A DNA stretch of 64,000 nucleotides from Myxococcota bacterium (lineage in GTDB: Bacteria > Myxococcota_A > UBA796 > UBA2385). The position numbers were made by a program, and so were the translations under genes. The stretch lies in NCBI GenBank assembly GCA_044344255.1, contig JBIJDH010000004.1, positions 32,001 to 96,000 on the forward strand, in the 5' to 3' direction. The notes below the pieces were generated by a model. That model made no database searches. It saw nothing but the letters and a program-made list of their open reading frames with translations, and was not told the DNA's origin. Shown here in pieces: positions 38,449-46,280 of this stretch; position 1 is the stretch's first letter; every line of letters starts with the position of its first letter.

Positions 38449-38579
38449 GCGGTAGCCGGGGCAATTTCGCGATAGCCTCCGCGCTCCCGCGGTGGTGGCG
38501 TGCTGGGAGGGGGGCGGCGGCACGCGCCTCCAGGTGCTTCCGCTGCCTCTCCCGAATCTCTTCGACTTGAGGTGACGAA

Positions 38580-38858
38580 ATGGCGCGACCGACTGAATCC
38601 CAAGGATTCGACGAGGTTACGTTCCTCGGCGACATTCCGGTTGACGTCGTGATCGAGCTCGGTCGGCGCCGCATGGTCTTGAAGGAGCTCGCGGGCCTTG
38701 AAGCGGACGACATCGTGGAGCTCGACCAGCCGATGGATCGGCCGCTCGATCTCGTCGTCGGAGGGAGGGTGCTCGCGCGCGGCGAGCTCGTGATGGTCGG
38801 GGATCGGGTCGCCTTGCGCATCACCGAGCTGATCGGGCGGTCCAAGGAGGGCGGTTGA
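38580..38858 (+). CDS. fliN: FliN
   Basis: DIPVDVVIELGRRRM..LARGELVMVGDRVALRITEL. Confidence 0.92.
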   Translation: MARPTESQGFDEVTFLGDIPVDVVIELGRRRMVLKELAGLEADDIVELDQPMDRPLDLVVGGRVLARGELVMVGDRVALRITELIGRSKEGG

Positions 38859-40039
38859 TCGGCAGCGCGCTCCTCTATCTGACGCTCACGATCGGGCTCC
38901 CCGTCGCTGAGGCTCAGGACGGCGCAACCGCGACCCCACCTGCGGCGGGCGCTCGTCCGACGGCGCGTCGTCGTCGGGCGCGGCGACCTGCGCGGGCGGC
39001 TCCGCCCGCCCCCGCGGTCGAAGCGGCCCCCTCGGAGGGCCTCGTGCCGGTCCCCGCGGAGGCGGCGCCTGCGCCGGTCTGTGGCCCACTCGGCGAGGGC
39101 TGCGAGACCCTGCCCGACGGTGACCCTGCGTGGGCCGACGGCGCGGTCGGGTCGGCCCCCTCCGATCCCGCCACGGCGAACCAGACGGAGAGAGAGCGGC
39201 GCGAGATGGAGCGCCTCTTCGGGGGTGCGCCCAGCGGGGTCCAGGCTCCGCCTGCGATCCCCACGGTGACGCTGCCGAGCCCGGATGTCCCTCTGTGGGC
39301 CTGGCCCCTCGTGCTGGTGGGCGCGGTGGCCCTGTATGTGCTCCGAGATCGGCTCCTTCGGCGTCGCCAGCCGGCCCCCGTGCTGCGGGTGCTCGGCCGA
39401 GTGTCGCTCGGGAAGGAGGGCAGCCTCGCGCTGGTCGACGTAGACGATGGCCGTGGGGGCAGCCGGCGCCTGCTGCTCGGACTCGGTGCCGGGACGCCCC
39501 AGCTTCTGACCGATCTGAGCCAGCCCGCCCGGCGCTCCGTCGACACGCCGCTCGCGGACGGTGAGGCGCTCGCCCCTCCGAGGCCGCCGCGGCCGCCCGG
39601 CGCGACGCTCGCGGTGGTGGGAGAAGAGGACGACGACGAAGATCTGCTCCCACCGCCGCGCCGGGCCCCTCGGGCGACCGCGCAGGCCTGGGAGACCGCC
39701 CTCGATGAGGCGGAGGCAGAGGTTGAGGTGGAGCCCCCGCTTCGACCACTCCCAATCCCCCCTTACACCGCTTCGCCTGCGCCGATGATGCCGCCGCTGC
39801 CGATGTCGTCGGCGCCGATGTCGCCGGTGAGCATGTCGCCCTCGGTGCTTTCGCCGGTCTCCTCCACCGAGCCGCTGGGCGCCGCGGTGACCGCTCACTC
39901 CCCGCTGCGGTCGCGGCGGCTCCCGCCCGGTCTTGAGCAGCGTGATGATCTGATCGCGGAGGTGCTCGCCGAGCGGGGTGGGGAAGGGGAGCCCGAGCCC
40001 CGCCGCCGAGCCGGGAGCCCGTGGGCACGGGGGACTTGA
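38855..40039 (+). CDS. fliO: Extended FliO/FliZ-like protein
   Basis: TM segment followed by LRVLGRVSLGKEGSLALVDV..LLLG (FliO core). Lies between fliN and fliP. Confidence 0.75.
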   Translation: MIGSALLYLTLTIGLPVAEAQDGATATPPAAGARPTARRRRARRPARAAPPAPAVEAAPSEGLVPVPAEAAPAPVCGPLGEGCETLPDGDPAWADGAVGSAPSDPATANQTERERREMERLFGGAPSGVQAPPAIPTVTLPSPDVPLWAWPLVLVGAVALYVLRDRLLRRRQPAPVLRVLGRVSLGKEGSLALVDVDDGRGGSRRLLLGLGAGTPQLLTDLSQPARRSVDTPLADGEALAPPRPPRPPGATLAVVGEEDDDEDLLPPPRRAPRATAQAWETALDEAEAEVEVEPPLRPLPIPPYTASPAPMMPPLPMSSAPMSPVSMSPSVLSPVSSTEPLGAAVTAHSPLRSRRLPPGLEQRDDLIAEVLAERGGEGEPEPRRRAGSPWARGT

Positions 40040-40806
40040 TGCGCCACCTCTTCCCGATCCTGTTCGCTCTGCTCCTGCTGGTGCTGCCCGCTGTCGGCTT
40101 CGCGCAGGAGCTCCGGGAGGTCTCGGATCCCATCGGGGATGGCGCGGTCTCGCTGGCGGAGGAGGTGCGGCAGGTGCCGGTGGCCACCACCGTCAAGCTC
40201 ATCGTGATGCTCACGGCGCTCACGCTGCTGCCGGGCATCTTGATGGTCATGACGCCGTTCACGCGGTTCATCATCGTGTTCTCGATGCTTCGCCAGGCGC
40301 TCGGCCTCCAGCAGTCGCCGCCGAATCAGGTCCTGGTGGCGCTCTCCTTCTTCCTCTCGGTGTTGATCATGGCCCCCACCCTCGATGAGGTGCGGGCGGA
40401 CGCGGTAGACCCCTTCATGGCCGGCCAGATGGACACCGGTGACGCGCTGCGCGCGGGCATGGAGCCCATGCGCACGTTCATGCTGGCGAACACACGACGC
40501 TCCGATCTCGCGGTGGTGATGGACATCGGACGGGTGCCTCGCCCCGAGACGCTGGCGGACGTGCCGACCTCCGCGGTGATCAGCGCGTTTGTGCTCTCCG
40601 AGCTCAAGACCGCCTTCGTCATCGGGGTCAAGATCTACATCCCTTTCCTGGTGCTCGACATCATCGTCGCCAACGTGCTGATGGGCATGGGTATGATGGT
40701 GCTCCCGCCGGTGGTCATCTCGCTGCCCTTCAAGCTGCTCCTCTTCGTGCTGATGGACGGTTGGGGGCTGCTGGTCCGCTCCCTCGCCGCCAGCTTCGGC
40801 CTCTGA
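40039..40806 (+). CDS. fliP: FliP
   Basis: FTRFIIVFSMLRQALG.QQSPPNQ, AFVLSELKTAF, MGMMVLPPVVISLPFKLLLFVLMDGW. Confidence 0.97.
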   Translation: MRHLFPILFALLLLVLPAVGFAQELREVSDPIGDGAVSLAEEVRQVPVATTVKLIVMLTALTLLPGILMVMTPFTRFIIVFSMLRQALGLQQSPPNQVLVALSFFLSVLIMAPTLDEVRADAVDPFMAGQMDTGDALRAGMEPMRTFMLANTRRSDLAVVMDIGRVPRPETLADVPTSAVISAFVLSELKTAFVIGVKIYIPFLVLDIIVANVLMGMGMMVLPPVVISLPFKLLLFVLMDGWGLLVRSLAASFGL

Positions 40807-40838
40807 GGGCCCGCCTCCTCTCAACCCTGGACGCTCCA

Positions 40839-41108
40839 ATGTCGCTCAACGAGGCCATCCTCTGGGGCCAGCAGTCGATGCTGGCGGTCGCGATGGTGAG
40901 CGGCCCCATCCTGCTCACCGCTCTGCTGGTCGGCGTGGTGGTCGGCCTCCTGCAGGCCGTGACCCAGATCCATGAGATGACCCTTGTGTTCGTCCCGAAG
41001 ATCATCGCCGTGTTCCTGGTCATCAGCGTGATGGGGCCCTGGATGCTCGATCAGATGGTGAACTTCTCCGAGCGGATCTTCATGTCCGTCTCTGTCATCA
41101 ACGAGTAG
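40839..41108 (+). CDS. fliQ: FliQ
   Basis: LQAVTQIHEMTLVFVPK..GPWM. Confidence 0.96.
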   Translation: MSLNEAILWGQQSMLAVAMVSGPILLTALLVGVVVGLLQAVTQIHEMTLVFVPKIIAVFLVISVMGPWMLDQMVNFSERIFMSVSVINE

Positions 41109-41115
41109 GCGGCTC

Positions 41116-41883
41116 ATGGCGATCGGCTGGCTCATCACCGGCTTCCTGGTGATGGCCCGCATCGGCGGCGCGCTGTCCATCCTGCCCGTGTTCTCCACGC
41201 CGAACATCCCCGCGATGTTTCGTGTGTTTTGCGCGATATCCCTCGCAGTCGTGGTCACGCCGGTGGTGCAGCCGGGCCCCACGCCGGCCACGGTCGCAGC
41301 CCTCATCGGGGGCCTGACCTCGGAGGTCCTGCTGGGCGTGATGATGGGCGGGGTCGTGCGCCTCGTCTTCGGGGCGATCGTCCTGGCCGGTGAGCTCATC
41401 AGCAGCCAGATCGGGCACGGAGCGGCCCTCCTCTACGACCCCACGACCCAGATCGCGCAGGGCCCCCTCGCCACGCTCTCTGGCCTGCTCGCCTCGCTGG
41501 TCTTCGTGGGCACCAACCTTCACCTCGAGGTGGTGCAGATCATCGGCCACTCCTTCGAGCGGGTTCCGCCGGGGCAGGTCGCCGACCTCATCGCACCCGG
41601 CGGCGTGTGGATCACCCTGGCCGGTTGGGTGATCCGCGCCGGGCTTCAGCTCGCTGGGCCCGCCTTGGCGCTCGTGTTCCTCGTCAACGTCTTCATGGGG
41701 GTCATCGGCCGCCTCGCGCCTTCCATGAACGCCTTCTTTGGCCTCGGCGTGATCCTCACCATGATCTTCGGCGAGCTGGTCTTCACCCTCGGAATGCCGC
41801 ACGCGCTCGAGGCGCACATACAGATGCTCCGAGAGTCCCTCGGCAGCATGACTGAGGTGCTCCGGCAGGCCGCCGGGCCATGA
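41116..41883 (+). CDS. fliR: FliR
   Basis: Multi-pass membrane protein with AGELISSQIG, DP and GRLAPSMNAF. Confidence 0.93.
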   Translation: MAIGWLITGFLVMARIGGALSILPVFSTPNIPAMFRVFCAISLAVVVTPVVQPGPTPATVAALIGGLTSEVLLGVMMGGVVRLVFGAIVLAGELISSQIGHGAALLYDPTTQIAQGPLATLSGLLASLVFVGTNLHLEVVQIIGHSFERVPPGQVADLIAPGGVWITLAGWVIRAGLQLAGPALALVFLVNVFMGVIGRLAPSMNAFFGLGVILTMIFGELVFTLGMPHALEAHIQMLRESLGSMTEVLRQAAGP

Positions 41884-41907
41884 GCGCCCTCGCCCGCAGG
41901 AGCGCCC

Positions 41908-43044
41908 GTGTCTGATGATGGCGGGCAGGAGAAGACACAGGAGCCCACGGCCAAGCGGGAGGAAGACTTTAGAGAGGAGGGCAAGGTCCCCCGCTCGAAG
42001 GACCTCGTCTCCAGCCTCGCGCTGGCGATCGGCGGCCTGATGATGATCCAGCTCACCCCCGGGGTGGGCCGTCACATGATCTACATTTTTCAGACCTTCT
42101 ACGCGATCATCCCCATCGGGACGCTCGACCGGGCCGGGGCGGAGGCGCTGGCCGCCTATGTCCTCGTCGAGATGGCGGTGCTGCTCGCCCCCGTCTTCGG
42201 CATGTTGTTCATGGTCACGCTGATCATCGGCCTCGTGCAGGGCCAAGGCATCATCCCGAAGGACCCCATCAAGCTCGACTGGGGCCGCCTCGACCCGCTG
42301 AAGCAGGCCAAGGAGCTGTACCTCTCGCCCCACCCGATCGTTGAGCTGGTCAAGAGCGTTCTGAAGGTCGGCCTCATCGGCTGGCTGGTCTGGACCGCCC
42401 TCCGGGATCGCCCGGGATGGTTCCTCTCCTTCCAAAACCGCACCGCCGCCGGGATGCTGTACGGCTACAAGGAGTTGGCGATCATCGTGCTCTCTCGGGC
42501 GCTCCCGGTGGCCTTGATCCTGTCGGTGATGGACTACGTCTACCAGTGGTACCGCCTCCAAGAACAGAAGATGATGACCAAGGAGGAGGTCAAGGAAGAG
42601 CACAAGGCCTCCGACGGTGACCCAAACGTGAAGGCGGCCCGAAAGCGGCGAATGATGCAGATCAGCCAGTCGAAGGCCATCCAGAACGTGAAGAACGCCG
42701 ACGTCGTGATCACCAACCCGACCCACTACGCCGTCGCCATCCGCTACCGAAAGGAGGAGGCCCCGGCCCCGCTCGTCCTGGCCCGCGGGGTCGATGCCTT
42801 CGCCCAGCGGATCAAGGCCGAGGCGATGCGTCACGACGTCCCACAGGTGGAGAACCGGGCCCTCGCGCGTACGCTCTACAAGCAGTCCCGGGAGGGCAAG
42901 ATGATCCCGGAGGACCTGTTCGCTGCCGTCGCGCGGGTGCTGGCGGTGCTCTGGAAGCGGCGAGCCGCCCGCCCGGGGCTCAGCCGGGAGATCCGCCGCG
43001 CGCCGTCGAGCCCGGTGGCCGGACCGCGGGTGTCGGGGCGCTGA
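41908..43044 (+). CDS. flhB: Export switch protein FlhB
   Basis: EKTQEPTAKR..G.VPRSKDL, KEEHKASDGDP, and the autocleavage site NPTH. Confidence 0.97.
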   Translation: MSDDGGQEKTQEPTAKREEDFREEGKVPRSKDLVSSLALAIGGLMMIQLTPGVGRHMIYIFQTFYAIIPIGTLDRAGAEALAAYVLVEMAVLLAPVFGMLFMVTLIIGLVQGQGIIPKDPIKLDWGRLDPLKQAKELYLSPHPIVELVKSVLKVGLIGWLVWTALRDRPGWFLSFQNRTAAGMLYGYKELAIIVLSRALPVALILSVMDYVYQWYRLQEQKMMTKEEVKEEHKASDGDPNVKAARKRRMMQISQSKAIQNVKNADVVITNPTHYAVAIRYRKEEAPAPLVLARGVDAFAQRIKAEAMRHDVPQVENRALARTLYKQSREGKMIPEDLFAAVARVLAVLWKRRAARPGLSREIRRAPSSPVAGPRVSGR

Positions 43045-43100
43045 GGTGGGACCGGGGCGCGGGGAAATGAGGTATCCTCGGGGCGCATCTCGGGTGATCC

Positions 43101-44672
43101 ATGGTCCTACGGTCGCGCTGCTCGGTCTCTCCCCTGGCCTTCCCCCTGCTGCTGGCGCTCACCGCCTGCAGTGAGAAGGCGGTGGGGATCTTCAATACGC
43201 CGCCTTCGGCCTCAATTATATCCCCGGCCGCCGGTGATCAGTTCGCCGGCGACACCCTGGTCGAGCTCCGCGGCCTCGCGCGCGACTCCCAGGACGACTC
43301 CGAGCTCTTGCTGGTCTCCTGGTCGAGCTCGATCGACGGAGAGCTCGGGGTGGATCCGCCGAACCCGAACGGCGACGTGTACCTCGGGGTGAGCGCCCTC
43401 ACCGAAGGGGAGCACGTCATCACCCTCACGGTGGTCGACACCTCGGGCGACTCGGCGAGCGACGCCGTAAACCTGATCATCGGGGCGGGCGCAGAGGACA
43501 CCGGCGGCGGAGATGACGGCCCCACGAGCGAGCCGCCCACCGTGCTGCTCGCCGGCCCCTCAAACGGCGACACCTTCGGGGTGGGCGAGACCGTCACCTT
43601 CATCGGCAAGGTGAGCGACGACCAGGCCCCGGAAACGCTCGGCGCCTCGCTCGTCTCGACCCTCGACGGGGTCATCTGGACGGGGAACCCCGCGGCGGAC
43701 GGGCGGGTCGACGTCGACATCGCCGCGCTCAACCCCGGAGCCCACACCGTCTCCCTCGAGGTCACCGACGATGAGGGCAACACCGCCTCCGATCAGGTCG
43801 ACGTCACGGTCCTCGAAGACGGCCGGCCGGTCACCGAGATCCTGAGCCCGCTCCCTGCGGGCAACCCCTATTGGACGGACAGCTCGGTCACCTTCCAGGG
43901 TGTCGTCTCCGACGGCGAGACCGACGCCGAGCTCTTGGGCGTCACCTGGTCTACCGACCTGCAGGGCACCCTCGCCACGGGGGCCCCCGACAGCGCTGGC
44001 AACACCGCCACCTCGGCCTTCCTCGTCGAGGGGACGCACGTCGTCACGCTGACCGCGGTGGACTCCGAGGGGAAGGTCGGTACGGCGACCTCCGTGATCG
44101 AGGTCTACGACCCGCTCCACTACGACAACGACGGCGACGGCTTCAGCGAGTCCGAGGGAGACTGCGACGACGCTGACGCCACTCGCAGCCCTGGCATCGC
44201 CGAGCTCTGTGATGATGTGGACAACGACTGCGACGGCGAGATCAACGAGGACTGGTGGGACACCAAGGAGGCCGACGACAGCATCGCCGACCCCTACGAC
44301 CTCGGCGGGGTCGGCTCGGGGCTGTGGAGCTCCGACACCGTCACCATCTCCGGGCTGTCGCTCCACGAAGAGGGTGATGAGGACTGGTTTGTCTGGGAGG
44401 CCAACGACATCTTCCTGGTCGACAACGTCACGGTGCAGGTCTCGGTGACGGGCCTGCCCTCCGCCGGGCCGGGCGACTTCGTGGTTGAGCTCTACCTCGA
44501 TGACGGCGGCTACAACCTCGTCGACAGCGACTCCGGCCTCGGCACCCTGTCGATCAACCACTCGGGCGACGTCTTCGAGGGCGGTGAGGACAATTGGGCC
44601 ATCCGCATCTACGCCGCGAACTGGCCCGCCGGCTTCTGCACCAGCACCTTCACGATCAAGGTCACGAGCTGA
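43101..44672 (+). CDS. Lipoprotein with Ig-like repeats and MopE-type metal-binding motif
   Basis: Lipobox LTAC, three Ig/PKD-like repeats, DNDGDGF..GDCDD..PGIAELCDDVDNDCDG, and a C-terminal beta domain. Confidence 0.8.
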   Translation: MVLRSRCSVSPLAFPLLLALTACSEKAVGIFNTPPSASIISPAAGDQFAGDTLVELRGLARDSQDDSELLLVSWSSSIDGELGVDPPNPNGDVYLGVSALTEGEHVITLTVVDTSGDSASDAVNLIIGAGAEDTGGGDDGPTSEPPTVLLAGPSNGDTFGVGETVTFIGKVSDDQAPETLGASLVSTLDGVIWTGNPAADGRVDVDIAALNPGAHTVSLEVTDDEGNTASDQVDVTVLEDGRPVTEILSPLPAGNPYWTDSSVTFQGVVSDGETDAELLGVTWSTDLQGTLATGAPDSAGNTATSAFLVEGTHVVTLTAVDSEGKVGTATSVIEVYDPLHYDNDGDGFSESEGDCDDADATRSPGIAELCDDVDNDCDGEINEDWWDTKEADDSIADPYDLGGVGSGLWSSDTVTISGLSLHEEGDEDWFVWEANDIFLVDNVTVQVSVTGLPSAGPGDFVVELYLDDGGYNLVDSDSGLGTLSINHSGDVFEGGEDNWAIRIYAANWPAGFCTSTFTIKVTS

Positions 44673-44763
44673 TCGCGGCAGCAGCGCCAGGGCCAACGCG
44701 CCTGGAGGGGCGTGGCGCTGGAGGAGCGGGGCCCGGAGGCCCCGCCCGTTGTCTGCGCTCCGA

Positions 44764-46146
44764 TCAGCCGCCGGAGAAGGTGGACTTCACTAGGTCGAAG
44801 GTGGACTTCACGTCGCCGAGCGTGGTCTTCGCCTCGCCGGGGATGGCGCCGACCAGCTTCACGTTGGCCCCGACCGCCTTCAGCGTCTTCGGGATCTGAG
44901 TGGCCTTGAGGCCGGCGTCCTTGGCCATCGTCGGGACCTTCGAGGGCAGGGTCTTCGCCTCGGTCACCAGGGCCTGGGCGTCCTTGGGCATCGAGCCGAG
45001 CGCGACCGTGGCCTTCCCCATCGCCTCGACGAGGCCGTTGAGGGCCGCGACGCCGTTGGTGACCGTGGGGCTCGCGCCGGGCTTGACGGAGATCTTCGGC
45101 TTGGTCCCCTCCATCTTGAGGGTGAGGGCCCCCTTGGCGCTGGACTTGAGCTCTTCGAGGGCGTCGCCCAAGCTGGCCCCCTCGGCGATCCCGAGGGCCG
45201 TGTTGAGGTTCAGGTTCGCGTCGGCGATGGCGTCCTGGGCGGTGTAGAGCTTGTCGAGCATGCCCTGGGCCTTTCCGAAGAAGGAGTCGAGGTCCTTGAT
45301 GCCGGTGACCTCCATCTTCTTGTGCTCGCGCTTCTCGCCGCTGCCCTTGCTCGACTTGCTCGCCTTGGCCGACTTCTTCTCCCCGTCGTCGTCGTCGGAG
45401 GCCTCGGGGAGGTCGTCGTCGCCGGAGTCAGCGGTGGCGGTGGCGGTAGAGGTGGACGCGGCTGCGGGGGGCGGATCTCCGCGGAGGCTGGCGAGGATGA
45501 CCTCGGCGGTCGGGGTCTCCCCGGAGGCGGCCTTGTAGAACACCACCTCGACGAGGCGATCCGCGGCGTTCGACCCGCCCTTGGCACCGGCGTCGGCCAT
45601 GCCGAGGGTGAGGATGCGGCGCTCGTCACCGCCCTTCTCGGACACCTCGCCCTTCACGAACTCGGCGCGATCGAGGGAGATCGACTGCTTGGCGGAGGTC
45701 GTGCCGACGGCGTCGGTGTAGCCCGCGAGCAGGATCCAGAGCCCCTGGTCCTTCTTGAGGTAGCCGGCGATCTCGGTCACCTTCTGGATGTCCCCCGAGG
45801 AGGCGAGGCTGGAGGCGCCGGTCGAGAACATCACCGGCTCCACCGCCGGAGAGGAGACCACCGAGCCATACGCGGCCGTGGTGGTGGTCTTGGTGGTCTT
45901 CGTGGAGGCGGCGCCGGTGGTGTTCTTGGCCGCTGACGCGGTGGTCTCCTTCGAGGAGGAGCTGCCCTTGGAAGAGCTCCCCTTCGAGGAGGAGCTGCCC
46001 TTCGAGGAGGAGCTTCCCTTCGAGGAGGAGCTGCCCTTGGAGGCCGCGGCCTTCACAGGCTCCGACGTCTTGTGAGAGAAGCAGCCGGTGGAGGCGAGAA
46101 GGAGGGAGATCAGGAGCGCAGGAGCGCCGAATCCAGAGGACCGCAT
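44764..46146 (-). CDS. OmpA-domain lipoprotein with Ser/Thr-rich linker and C-terminal helical domain
   Basis: Lipobox STGC and an OmpA_C-like segment (F..G.S.L, GYTDAVG, SLDRA..VK, DRLVEV). Confidence 0.8.
   Translation of the reverse strand: MRSSGFGAPALLISLLLASTGCFSHKTSEPVKAAASKGSSSSKGSSSSKGSSSSKGSSSKGSSSSKETTASAAKNTTGAASTKTTKTTTTAAYGSVVSSPAVEPVMFSTGASSLASSGDIQKVTEIAGYLKKDQGLWILLAGYTDAVGTTSAKQSISLDRAEFVKGEVSEKGGDERRILTLGMADAGAKGGSNAADRLVEVVFYKAASGETPTAEVILASLRGDPPPAAASTSTATATADSGDDDLPEASDDDDGEKKSAKASKSSKGSGEKREHKKMEVTGIKDLDSFFGKAQGMLDKLYTAQDAIADANLNLNTALGIAEGASLGDALEELKSSAKGALTLKMEGTKPKISVKPGASPTVTNGVAALNGLVEAMGKATVALGSMPKDAQALVTEAKTLPSKVPTMAKDAGLKATQIPKTLKAVGANVKLVGAIPGEAKTTLGDVKSTFDLVKSTFSGG
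45949..46042 (-). repeat. Short coding tandem repeat (KGSSSS) x about 5
   Basis: 18-bp units CTTCGAGGAGGAGCTGCC on the + strand. Confidence 0.8.
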
Positions 46147-46280
46147 CGGCCTTTCCTCGGTGTTTGCGGGAATTGTCCGATTGTTAGCGCGCCGTTGGGC
46201 GACTCGCCACTGAATCTACTCGGGGTGCGGCTCGTGGAACCCCGGGACCGACGGGACGCTTCCCCGAGCGACCGACGGGC

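Noticed and set aside
6872..43044. Non-flagellar injectisome T3SS
   Set aside because: Flagellin, hook, rod and L/P rings are present and there is no secretin.
44764..46146. OmpA-domain gene as motB
   Set aside because: It has a lipobox, lacks the MotB transmembrane helix with the conserved Asp, and has no motA partner.
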